A DNA stretch of 50,837 nt. Origin: Promethearchaeota archaeon (GTDB taxonomy: Archaea; Asgardarchaeota; Lokiarchaeia; Sigyniarchaeales; SOKP01). The translations under genes and the position numbers were made by a program. Where the stretch lies: positions 61,971-112,807 of the forward strand of contig JBHLLT010000008.1 of NCBI GenBank assembly GCA_048938855.1, in the 5' to 3' direction. Positions 20,818 to 30,576 of this stretch are shown piece by piece. The first letter of the stretch is position 1. The number at the start of each line of letters is the position of its first letter. The notes below the pieces were generated by a model. That model worked only from the letters and a program-made list of their open reading frames with translations. It was not told where the DNA came from and did not search any database.

Positions 20818-20995
20818 CTTTTATATTATTTTAAATTCCATTTGTTGTAACTACATAGAATAGAAAAGTATTAGAAATTTGAATAGTCCAATTTTTAGAA
20901 AAAATATTCAAATTCAATTTAGATTGAGAAGAGGTATAAAAATGAAAACAACTAAAATAAAGGTTTAGCGTCTTTTTAAATAAGAATACTTGGAG

Positions 20996-22177
20996 TTATA
21001 TCCATTCAACGAGAGATGAACATCCGAGACCTTCTTTGTCTTCAATTCTGCCTTCAACTGTAAATGTATCCCCTTCATAACCACATTCATGACACTTATT
21101 TTTTGATACTAATTCTACAAGGTCATCAACCAAAACCGCATGATTTATTGAGGTGGCTACTCCAAACGGGGTAAGAACTTCCAAAAAACCTTTATCACCC
21201 ACATTTCTAAGAGGATCAAGAGTATTCAAATCTCTGACTATAATTCTTGCTTGAGGTGGACAGTGAAATATAAAATCCTCATACTTATCTGACCAATGGC
21301 TGCCGAAAACTATTGGTGTTTCTGTAAAACCGTAAATATCTCTAACATTTTCAATTTTTGTTCCAAAAAATTCGATACAATCCGAAATAAACTGAGTTTT
21401 TTCGATGGGAGGATATTTTAGTTGAGACTTATGTCCACTCCATCCACCGCCACCTGTAGTTAAATAACAATTAGGTAATTCAAATTTAATATTTGCTTCT
21501 CTTAAATGTTTATTCATGAATGTGTTTAATAATTGGAGGCTTCCCCCAATAGAAATATTTTTTTGTTTATCAGCGGGTTTACTGGAATTCTTATTGATTG
21601 TCTTTATTACATATTTAGCATTAATTCCAAAAGCCCCCACTAAACTACGCTTCTTAATTATTTCTTTAAATGCTTTTAGGATAAAGAATTTAATTAAATA
21701 CTTTGGTTTTGTTATTCTAGTTGTAATATCGTTTAAAGTGCTAGTATATAATTTCAATGGCCTTAAATCAGAGTATCTCATCGCAATCCGATCTAAAAAC
21801 TTAACGGGCGGAGCAAAATTCATTGAAATAGTACCATATTGATTGTGTTCCTCCATAGGTATTGGGATGAACTCATAGATACATTTAATGGTCATACTGG
21901 ATAAAAACTCTAGATCATCTAAAGATCTCCCTACTAAAGATGGATCTCCAGTTGTACAAGAAGAAACATTCCAAGTCTTGAATTCAGGGGATTCTAAGGG
22001 AATTTTTAAGAATTTTTTAAACATCCCTGCTGATTGCTTGAATGCAGCTGAATTTATAAAAGGCATTAATGCTAAATCATCCATTTGGTTTACATCATCC
22101 AGATTAAATCCTTGCTTAGTAGCAAATTCTTTATAAAATGAATTAGATTCAATGGAATCCTCGGTGATACCTTTCAT
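20996..22177 (-). CDS. LuxE/PaaK-like acyl-protein synthetase (adenylate-forming)
   Basis: MPFINSAAFK, SSCTTGDPS, GGGWSG, RDIYGFTE, FHCPP, GRIEDKEGLGCS. Frame is open upstream to a possible ATA start at 22264. Confidence 0.75.
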   Translation of the reverse strand: MKGITEDSIESNSFYKEFATKQGFNLDDVNQMDDLALMPFINSAAFKQSAGMFKKFLKIPLESPEFKTWNVSSCTTGDPSLVGRSLDDLEFLSSMTIKCIYEFIPIPMEEHNQYGTISMNFAPPVKFLDRIAMRYSDLRPLKLYTSTLNDITTRITKPKYLIKFFILKAFKEIIKKRSLVGAFGINAKYVIKTINKNSSKPADKQKNISIGGSLQLLNTFMNKHLREANIKFELPNCYLTTGGGGWSGHKSQLKYPPIEKTQFISDCIEFFGTKIENVRDIYGFTETPIVFGSHWSDKYEDFIFHCPPQARIIVRDLNTLDPLRNVGDKGFLEVLTPFGVATSINHAVLVDDLVELVSKNKCHECGYEGDTFTVEGRIEDKEGLGCSSLVEWI

Positions 22178-22535
22178 TAAACTTATAAATTGCTTATCTT
22201 CATAGTCCGAATTAATAATAGTCCGTATTTTATCGTTTTGTACAATTTTATTTGAGATTGTTATTAGAATACACCAATTTAATAGGATAATATTTATGAA
22301 CTATTATATTAATAAGATTTGGACCTATTTAAACATAGCAATTATATTGAAGGTTAATATTCTTTGAAAAATAAACTCAGAATCAGATTTCAATGAAATT
22401 TTTGTCAAATTCTAACTTTTCTTATTATTTATTTTATCCGATATATTTCCGTATATTTACCTCTAATTTTTAGATAGATTTAAGTTAGAAAAATAGAAAA
22501 AAAATTAATTAAAGAAAATTTCTTGAAAAACTTTC

Positions 22536-22850
22536 TTATGATGACCCTGAACCTTTTGAAGACATCAAATCAACCAATGGTTCGGCTGTAATAACAGAAT
22601 CACAATTTGAACACGATTGTACTATTAAAGGGATAGCTCCAATTAGATCTAAATACCGTTCAACGAATTTTAGACTATAATTTGCCATTCTTTTTATCAT
22701 CTTTCCACCAAATGGCACAACTTCAGCTTGAATATCTATAAAACTTGTATAGGTTTGCAATAAATCATTTTTAAACTTGTCATTGATAGGTGCTGGTTTT
22801 ATTTCAATTTTGAATTCAATCTCGTTTTTACAATATGGACATTTTGGCAA
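22536..22850 (-). CDS. Small Zn-ribbon protein
   Basis: CPYC near the N-terminus, CSNC near the C-terminus. Confidence 0.7.
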   Translation of the reverse strand: MPKCPYCKNEIEFKIEIKPAPINDKFKNDLLQTYTSFIDIQAEVVPFGGKMIKRMANYSLKFVERYLDLIGAIPLIVQSCSNCDSVITAEPLVDLMSSKGSGSS

Positions 22851-23043
22851 TCAAAATCACTTTTTTACTCTTTTAATTATTGAATTTCTGAAATATAGTT
22901 AAACATTCTATATAAAATATAATATGATCTCATCAAATTTCCTTTGAAATAATTGAACTCATTTCTATATATAAATTTGGAAAGATTTGTATTCTAGTAA
23001 TTTTAATAATCCTGTATCAAATATGTTTTAATAAAATTGGATA

Positions 23044-23802
23044 TTGAATACTACTATGACAGTACGTCAATCAATTAATAAGGCTAGAGCAAAAATGTAT
23101 CATTTTGCTACTAACTTTACAGTAGTGAAAATAAGTGCTATGGGTGTTATGGTGGGGTACATTTTATTACTAATAATTGGAGTTTTCGTGGCAATGTTTC
23201 TTGATCCAGATGGATATACTTTTTGGAATAATTGGATTTCCGATCTTGGTTCTATTAATGACACTCCTGCTCCATACCTATATGATATCGCATGTATTAC
23301 TGCAGGGATCCTGACTATTCCAATTACATTCTATATGGAAAATTTACTAGCTCCATTGCCAAGGAAAACTAAAATGAGAGGAGAACACTTTTCTCGATTA
23401 CGTTTTAGATTAAGCAGTTTTGCTTTTTTATCAAGTATTATTGGTAATTTTGCTTATATTGGGGTTGGAATCTTTAGTGCAGATCGTAATTATAATCTCA
23501 TATCATCTTTAGGAATAGGATTCCACGATCTGATGTCATATTTAGCTTTTGGTGGATTCACTTTTGGAGCTTTCTTTATGGGCTGGTTAATTGTTTTCTA
23601 TGATACTAAAATTCCAAAAATTCTGGGAATATATGGCATTATTGGACCATTGACAGTTGCTATTTTGAATTTAGTAGAGGGGATTCCATTACCAGGTCCT
23701 TTACTGGAATGGATGTTACTCTTAGCAATATTAATCTGGTTAATCCCACTTTCTCTCATTGTATTAAATAAGCCAGAATTAGTCCCAAAGAGAACTGAAT
23801 AA
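23044..23802 (+). CDS. DUF998-like membrane protein
   Basis: GYTFWNNWISDLG, GVGIFS, HD..SYLAF; six TM segments. Confidence 0.75.
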   Translation: MNTTMTVRQSINKARAKMYHFATNFTVVKISAMGVMVGYILLLIIGVFVAMFLDPDGYTFWNNWISDLGSINDTPAPYLYDIACITAGILTIPITFYMENLLAPLPRKTKMRGEHFSRLRFRLSSFAFLSSIIGNFAYIGVGIFSADRNYNLISSLGIGFHDLMSYLAFGGFTFGAFFMGWLIVFYDTKIPKILGIYGIIGPLTVAILNLVEGIPLPGPLLEWMLLLAILIWLIPLSLIVLNKPELVPKRTE

Positions 23803-23952
23803 AAAGTTACATCTTAATATTTATTAATTTAATTTTTTTTTAATTATAATGCGATTTTTCCTTTATTGTAAACCTACACAAAAAATTAATATATATTACG
23901 AAATTTGATATATCTAATTGGTATTATTTTTTTTTAGCGTTAAGTAGGCTTT

Positions 23953-24531
23953 TTGACAATGAGTAGTAGAAACAGTGAAAAAATTGATGTTATAGCAGAT
24001 GCAATTGAGCAATCTATGAAAAAAGGACATATTAGCACATTGATATTATTAGCTTTGGAGAAAGGTCCTTCCCATGGATACAGTTTAATGCAAACAATCA
24101 CAGAGGATACTTATGGTGTATGGAATCCTACAGCTTCTTCTTTATATCCACATCTTTCTTCTTTAACAGACAAGGGTTTAATTGAATTTACAACAGAAAT
24201 GGAAGGAAAAAGAGAGAAGAAAGTTTATGAAATCACTGAAAAAGGTAGAAAAACCCTTAGGATGCTTCTTGAAAGACAACAAAACATGAGGAAATCGCTG
24301 CTTTCAATGATTATGTCAACAATAGGATTAACTGATTTTTCACTCCCAAAAGATTTCGAAGATTTATTAAGTCCAGATTTAATTGACGATGCAAGTTTAA
24401 TAGGAAAGACTGATGAAGAAAAGCTTAAAATACTTACGAAAAGGCAGCTTGTTTTATCAAAAATAATAAATAAATTGGAAAATTTCGTTCATGAAATAGA
24501 CCAAAGAATCGAAAAATTGAAATCTGGTTAA
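23953..24531 (+). CDS. PadR-family transcriptional regulator
   Basis: LILLALEKGPSHGY, SLYPHLSSL..KGLI, KKVYEITEKG. Confidence 0.92.
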   Translation: MTMSSRNSEKIDVIADAIEQSMKKGHISTLILLALEKGPSHGYSLMQTITEDTYGVWNPTASSLYPHLSSLTDKGLIEFTTEMEGKREKKVYEITEKGRKTLRMLLERQQNMRKSLLSMIMSTIGLTDFSLPKDFEDLLSPDLIDDASLIGKTDEEKLKILTKRQLVLSKIINKLENFVHEIDQRIEKLKSG

Positions 24532-24666
24532 AGTTAAACCATTTTTTCTAACTTCTTATTTCTTAAAATTACAAAAAAAATACTAAAAGTAACTCAGATT
24601 TTTTTTTAAAATCAAGTAGAAGAAGGGTTAAAATATCAATATATAAGGTTTTTAGAATACATAACT

Positions 24667-24722
24667 TTATATATCAGATTCTGTATATATCCATTATAGA
24701 CATATCAGTTATATACATATCA
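24667..24722. promoter_or_regulatory. Array of four ATATC-core direct repeats (spacing 16, 15, 15), candidate operator
   Basis: ATATC at 24671, 24687, 24702, 24717. The last two units are TTATAGACATATCA and TTATATACATATCA. Confidence 0.4.
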
Positions 24723-24771
24723 AACAGTAGCTCAAAATCATATTTGTATTAAAAATTAGGTGATATTTTAA

Positions 24772-25761
24772 ATGAAAATTTTATTAACCGGAGCATTCGG
24801 TAATGTTGGTTTAAGTACTTTAAAAGAGTTAATTAAACGGGATCATGATATAAGAGTTTTTGATATTAGAAATAAAAGAAATGTCAGGTTAGCAAATAAA
24901 TATAAAAAAGATATTGAAATCGTTTGGGGTGATTTGAGGATCTACAAGCAAGTGGAAAAGGCTGTTTTCGATAGAGATGTAGTTATACATGTCGCTGCAA
25001 TTATACCTCCACTTGCAGATAAAAAACCCAAATTCGCGGAGACTGTAAATGTTGGAGGTACAAAAAATATTATTGAAGCAATTAAGAATCAGCCTAAAAA
25101 GCCGAAGTTAATTTTCACATCTTCAATAGCAGTCTATGGAGACCGGCTTGAAAATCCAATGATCCACACTGATGATCCTCTTAACCCAAATCCAGATGAT
25201 GAATATGCTAAACAGAAAATAAAGTGTGAAGAATTAATTAGAAATTCTAACCTGGATTGGACAATTTTCCGATTAACTTATATTGTATCATTAAACAAAT
25301 TGCAAATGGATCCACTCATGTTTGAGATGCCCCTTGACACATCCATTGAAATTTGTGATACTAACGATGTAGGTCTGGCACTTGCTAATGCTGTAGAACA
25401 TAAAGAAATATGGGGGGAAATAATGCATATAGCAGGAGGAGAAAGATGTCGTATATCATATCGAGATTACCTTAATGAAATGCTAGATATATTTGGTATT
25501 GGCCATGATTTCTTACCTGAAGAAGCATTTAGACGAGATCGAGGATTTCATTGTGGATACATGTCAACAGATAAAAGCCAAACACTTTTAAATTATCAAA
25601 AGTATACTCTTGATGATTATTTCAATGCAGTGAGAAAAAAAGTGTCTTTCTCAAGATTTTTTACTTCTCTATTCAAACCTTTTGCCCAAAGATTACTTTT
25701 AAATAAATCTCATTATTATAAAGAATCTCTAAAAAACCCTGTTCTAAACTCTAGGACTTAA
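24772..25761 (+). CDS. NAD-dependent epimerase/dehydratase (extended SDR)
   Basis: TGAFGNVG, HVAA, NVGGT, TSSIAVYG, YAKQK (YxxxK); SD-like GGTGA upstream. Confidence 0.92.
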   Translation: MKILLTGAFGNVGLSTLKELIKRDHDIRVFDIRNKRNVRLANKYKKDIEIVWGDLRIYKQVEKAVFDRDVVIHVAAIIPPLADKKPKFAETVNVGGTKNIIEAIKNQPKKPKLIFTSSIAVYGDRLENPMIHTDDPLNPNPDDEYAKQKIKCEELIRNSNLDWTIFRLTYIVSLNKLQMDPLMFEMPLDTSIEICDTNDVGLALANAVEHKEIWGEIMHIAGGERCRISYRDYLNEMLDIFGIGHDFLPEEAFRRDRGFHCGYMSTDKSQTLLNYQKYTLDDYFNAVRKKVSFSRFFTSLFKPFAQRLLLNKSHYYKESLKNPVLNSRT

Positions 25762-25780
25762 AAGCCAACTTAATTTTTCC

Positions 25781-25808
25781 AGGTGTCTTGGACACTTATT
25801 TTTTTTTT
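25781..25808 (+). terminator. Hairpin plus T-tract terminator
   Basis: AGGTGTC-ttg-GACACTT followed by A and a 10-T run, just after the SDR stop. Confidence 0.55.
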
Positions 25809-25898
25809 GATAGAAATGTAAAAATTCTTAAATCTTAAAAATAATGCAAATTAGAATCTAATTTAACAGAATCAAATTATTAATAAGAGGGTAAAATT

Positions 25899-26231
25899 AT
25901 GCCTCATATAGTTATTTTTGCTAAGTGTCCTAGTCATATAGCGGGGAAATTCGTAAATAAAGCAGTTGAAGCTATACAAAAGAATTTATTTCCTGAGGAT
26001 GAATCTCAACAAGAATCCCTTGTTAGATCTGCATGGAAAATTACTGAAGATGGAATAAAATTTCTAAGCATAACGGGTGTAAAAGAAGGAAAGCTTGAGG
26101 AAGCATTAAAAGCGATTTATAAAGAAATGTTATATTATTCAGATATTGAGGGCTTTGAATCGAATGTTGAAGTTTGGGGAACTTGGCAAGAAGGTTTTGA
26201 AGCATTAGGAAGAGAAATTCCTTCAGTTTAA
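25899..26231 (+). CDS. Hypothetical protein
   Basis: 110-aa ORF with GAGGG SD-like site; family not recognised. Confidence 0.7.
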   Translation: MPHIVIFAKCPSHIAGKFVNKAVEAIQKNLFPEDESQQESLVRSAWKITEDGIKFLSITGVKEGKLEEALKAIYKEMLYYSDIEGFESNVEVWGTWQEGFEALGREIPSV

Positions 26232-26539
26232 TTAACATCCTAAATAATAAAAAATCAATTTTTTTTTATTCTTTAATTTTATAACAATAACTAAGAATGA
26301 TCGCTCTTTTCTATAATTCCTAGCTGTTTTTCGAATTATCTTATTCTGTGATAATCAAAAAGATAAATTTTTTCTATCATCAATAATCATAATTCTAAAT
26401 TTCGCTTACATTGATAAATAGTAACAAATAAAAATATTAAAAACGAATAAAACCTAAAAGATAAAATATTAATTGACGTAATAAATTAAAGAATTCTACA
26501 ATCTTGTATAAAAAATTAGAGGTTGATGTGATAAAAGGA

Positions 26540-28483
26540 ATGGAAAAACAAACTCATCGGATTGGTTACTATGCATGTCAGTGAGGTATAAACATCCGAA
26601 GTAAGGTTGATTGTGATGAGCTCGTAGAGTATGCTAAAAATGAATTCCCTGATGAAATTGTTATATCAAAGAAAAATGCTTTTCTATGAACTGATAATGC
26701 TCAAAATGAGATCATAAAAGATATACAAGAGAAAAATCTTAACAGAATTGTCGCATCAGCTTGAACACCGCGCACACACGAAGTGATCTATAGAGGAACA
26801 ATAGCTAAAACTGACTTAAATCCATATTATTTTCAGATGGTAAATGTCCGTGAACATTGTTCTTGGTGTACAGATAATAAAGAAGAAGCAACAGAAAAGG
26901 CAAAAACCTTAGTGAAGAGTGGTATCGAGAGAGCAAAATTATTGGAGCCAGTTCCTATTAAAACTGTCCCTGTCACTAAAGCTACATTAATTGTCGGTGG
27001 TGGTATTGCAGGTATGAATGCTGCACTTGATCTTGCAAATCAAGGTATTAAAGTATACCTTGTGGAGCATAAGACAACTATTGGAGGTAGAATGGCCCAA
27101 CTTGATCGAACTTTTCCAACTGATGATTGTGCTATATGAATCTGTGGACCTAAAATGCTTGAAGTTAATAGAAATGAGAACATAGAATTACTTACTTATA
27201 GCGAAGTAAAAAAAGTAGAAGGTTATGTCGGCAATTACAAGGTTACAATTGAAAAGAAACCAAGATATACAACTGAAGAATGTAATGGCTGTGGAGCTTG
27301 TGCTGAAGTCTGCCCTGTTTTCACATCGAATTATTTCGATGAAAATTTAGGCGCAAGAAAGGCAATCGATATATCATTTGGTCAAGCAGTTCCATTCTTG
27401 TATGATGTCGATAGAAATGCATGTATTGAATGTTATTCGTGTGTAGATGCATGTGAATTAGATGCGATTGATTTTAGCCAAGTTCCAAAAGACGAGAATA
27501 TTGAAGTTGGCACAATAATTATAGCAACAGGTTGGGATATTTATGAACCTTATGGTGAATATGGATACGGAGAATTTGAAAATGTAATAACTCAATCACA
27601 GTTGGAACGTATGTTGGCTCCTAATGGTCCACTTGAAGGGCATGTACACAGAATTTCAGATGATAAAAAGCCAAAAGAAATAGTGTTTATCCAGTGTGTT
27701 GGCAGTAGAGAAACGGAAAGAACTTATTGCAGCGGCGTATGCTGTATGTTGGCTCTGAAAAATGGAAGATTGTTAAAAGAAGAATTTCCAGATGCCAATA
27801 TAACAATATGTTACATAGATATAAGAACAAATGAAAAAGGTTTTGAAGAGTATTTTCAACGTGCTAAAGACTTTGATATTAGATTGATTCGCGGTAAAGT
27901 GGGCGAGATTTCTGAAGATCCCGAAACTAAAGATATAAATCTTCGTGTTTATTCGTCCTTAACAGATGAAATAATAAAGATCGACGCAGATTTAATCGTT
28001 CTTTCCACAGCAGCTCTCCCATCAAAGGGTACTCATGAAATTTCTCAAGTGTTAAATCTTGATACAAATACATATGGATTCCTTACAGAATCGCACTTCG
28101 GTTTAATGCCACAAGAAACTAAAACTAAGGGAATTTTTATTGCTGGATTTGCTCAAGGACCAAAAAATATCTCCTATTCGGTCTCTCAAGCAAGAGCCGC
28201 AGCAAGTAAAGTGGCAGAATTGACATCTCCTGGAGTGGTAGATATAGAATTAATTACAGCTGAAGTTAACAGCGCATTTTGTATATCCTGCAGAAGATGT
28301 GAAAAAGAATGTCCAAAAAATGCAATTAAAATCGATGAAGCGATTGGTGCGTTTATTGATGAAATAAATTGTGATGGATGTGGAATTTGTGCTTCTTGTT
28401 GTCCTACTCAAGCAATTGATATTAGATATTATCGAGATCACCAATTATTTGCTGAAATTGATGGGCTTTTAGGAGGTGGTTAG
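26540..28483 (+). CDS. hdrA: Heterodisulfide reductase subunit A, selenoprotein with 4 Sec (647 aa)
   Basis: One frame from ATG 26540 (or GTG 26528) to TAG 28481-83, with TGA at 26582 (ACQUGINI), 26687 (AFLUTD), 26762 (SAUTPRTHE) and 27137 (DDCAIUICGPKM). It joins the track ORFs at 26783 and 27155. GGGIAG FAD motif, ferredoxin motifs, QCVGSR, YCSGVCC. Confidence 0.95.
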
Positions 28484-28487
28484 AGAA

Positions 28488-28943
28488 ATGGAAAACAACA
28501 TTAGTTTAATAGTATTTGCATGTATGAAGTGAGGATATAGTGCGGCTGATTTAGCAGGGGTTTCAAGATTAAAGTATACATCCTCGGTAAAAATAGTAAA
28601 AGTGAGGTGCACTGGAAGGATTGATCTAAAGCACATCCTATATAGCATCATTTCTGGGGCTGATGGTGTTATGATTGTTGGATGACGACCTAATGAATGC
28701 CAATTCAAGAATGGAAACTTTACAGCTCAACGACACGTCGAATTAGCGAATAGAATATTAGACTCTCGAGGATTTGGAAATCAAAGAGTTAATATGTATT
28801 GGTTAAGTGGAGCAGAATCAGAGAAGTTTGTTAAGAGTGTAGAAGATGCATATGATAAAGTAAAAAGAGCTGGTCCAAACCCCATTAAAGCTATGGATGT
28901 TAAATTACCAGAAAAAGACTTACTAATTACCCCTATTGAATGA
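28488..28943 (+). CDS. mvhD: MvhD/VhuD [2Fe-2S] subunit, selenoprotein with 2 Sec (151 aa); absent from ORF track
   Basis: MENNISLIVFACMKUGYSAADLAGVSR..VRCTGRID..GADGVMIVGURPNECQF..GPNP, with TGA at 28530 and 28683. Ends at TGA 28941-43 (next in-frame TAA 28950-52). Confidence 0.95.
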
Positions 28944-28996
28944 ATCTTATAAAAAAATTTTTGTTATAAGAGGACTAACCTCGCAAAGGGAGGGGT
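28929..28996 (+). promoter_or_regulatory. Eukaryote-like SECIS element candidate
   Basis: AUGAA(28940-44), 8-bp stem UCUUAUAA(28945-52)/UUAUAAGA(28964-71), extendable by 2-3 A-U pairs with apical As, then GGAC(28972-75) giving tandem GA/AG. Lower helix ACCCCU(28929-34)/AGGGGU(28991-96). Confidence 0.75.
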
Positions 28997-29059
28997 TCTT
29001 AAAAAATTATAAAAAAGTATCAGATTTTTGAAATAGTATAAAGAAGAAATGAAAGATAT

Positions 29060-30562
29060 ATGGTTCAAATTGTAAATAACAAATTATTTTCAAATATATC
29101 CCCAAAATCTTTAATGGAAGCTACTTATGAAGCTTCAGGAAACTTCCAAATCAGAGCATTTTTTGAAGCAAAGGATGAAATTCTAAAAGCAAATAAATAT
29201 TCTGAAGTTGAGTTTTATGAGATATTAGATGCTATGATCGATGCTGAAACAGAGCGTAAACTGGTATTAGAGAAGTTAAAAGGTAAAAAACCATTATTTT
29301 TAGAAGAGATGGTAAAAATAGTAAAGGAATTTCCCTCAGACAATGTAATTAGAGATATAATTTACCTAAAGGAACAAGGTTATATTGAGGAACATATTGA
29401 AATTAAAACTAAAAAGGTAATTAAAAAAATCAAGGGAGAAGAAAAAGAAGTCGAAGAAGAAGAACGCTTTTTTAGGTATCAAGTAAAAAAACTCCCTGAT
29501 GATTTTATGGAACACTTTTTTGAACCTGTTTCTCTTGTATTCACCTCTGGTGTATGCTGTCAATGTGGTTGGTGTTCTTCAATTTGCCCTGTAAATGCTA
29601 TTGTTGTAACTGCGGATACTTTAGAGATCGATGATAAAATTTGTATGAAGTGTGGATTATGCTATTCAGTTTGTCCTCGTTCATTCTCAATTGAACAATT
29701 TTTACTGAGTAGGTCAAAGCTTAATAAATCCTTAAATTTCTCGGATAAAATCAATGGATATCTAAGTACTCATTCTGCATCAACCACTAGTGATAAGATT
29801 AAAAAAGTACGACAAGATGGAGGTATTGTTACTTCTTTACTCGAATATTTATTAAAGAATAAATTAGTCGATGCTGTAATAGCAGTTCAACATTCAAAGG
29901 AAATGTGGAAACCGGAACCAGTTATAGTAGAAAATGTAAAGGATTTATATAAAACTGGGGGAACTAAGTATGCAAATGCATCAACTCTAAATATGATAGA
30001 TAAAATGAAGCAGTACGAGAATATTGCAGTTGTTGGTGTTCCTTGTATGATGAATGCTCTAGAAAAAGGCAGGTTATTTCCAAGTGGAAGACCTTTTTTT
30101 AATAATATTAAATATCGAATAGGTCTTTTTTGCATGGAATCCTTTTCTTATGATAATGTACGTAAATTAATTAAAGAACAATTTGATAAAGATTACACAA
30201 AAATAACAAAAATGGATATTAGTGGGGGTAAGTTCATTATATATTTAGATTCGGGTGAGGATTTAAGAGTACCTTTAAAAGATGTGAAATCTTTTGCCCG
30301 CCATAACTGTCATTTTTGTGAAGATTTAACAGCAGATTGTGCTGATATTTCTGTAGGTTCAATCGGTTCACCTGGTGGTTGGTCAACAGTGATAATCCGA
30401 ACTAACTTAGGTGAAAAACTTTTCAAAGATGCAATTAAAAAAGGATTGATTGAATCTAAAAACCTCTCTGAAGTTAAGCCAGGTCAATCATTACTAGAAC
30501 GAATCGCACGATCAAAGAGGAAAGATTGTAAACCAATCAAATTAGATATAAAACAGGATTGA
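29060..30562 (+). CDS. FrhB/FdhB-family protein with N-terminal helical/wHTH-like extension
   Basis: CCQCGWCSSICP, CMKCGLCYSVCP, QDGGIVT, VGVPC, IGLFCME, CHFCED, ADISVGSIGS. Confidence 0.9.
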   Translation: MVQIVNNKLFSNISPKSLMEATYEASGNFQIRAFFEAKDEILKANKYSEVEFYEILDAMIDAETERKLVLEKLKGKKPLFLEEMVKIVKEFPSDNVIRDIIYLKEQGYIEEHIEIKTKKVIKKIKGEEKEVEEEERFFRYQVKKLPDDFMEHFFEPVSLVFTSGVCCQCGWCSSICPVNAIVVTADTLEIDDKICMKCGLCYSVCPRSFSIEQFLLSRSKLNKSLNFSDKINGYLSTHSASTTSDKIKKVRQDGGIVTSLLEYLLKNKLVDAVIAVQHSKEMWKPEPVIVENVKDLYKTGGTKYANASTLNMIDKMKQYENIAVVGVPCMMNALEKGRLFPSGRPFFNNIKYRIGLFCMESFSYDNVRKLIKEQFDKDYTKITKMDISGGKFIIYLDSGEDLRVPLKDVKSFARHNCHFCEDLTADCADISVGSIGSPGGWSTVIIRTNLGEKLFKDAIKKGLIESKNLSEVKPGQSLLERIARSKRKDCKPIKLDIKQD

Positions 30563-30576
30563 ATTGAAAAAGAATC

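Noticed and set aside
24667-24722. CRISPR array
   Set aside because: Units are about 15 bp, degenerate and without spacers; no cas genes are present.
26232-26539. 5' SECIS upstream of hdrA (ATGATCG..CGAA near 26298-26335)
   Set aside because: No continuous helix between the putative core halves by eye; a covariance search would be needed to exclude it fully.
28250-28708. Minus-strand ORFs 28250-28444 and 28469-28708
   Set aside because: Antisense shadows of Sec-hdrA and Sec-mvhD.
26540-28943. hdrA/mvhD as pseudogenes with nonsense mutations
   Set aside because: All six interruptions are TGA, all fall on conserved Cys columns, there are no frameshifts, and a SECIS-like structure follows.
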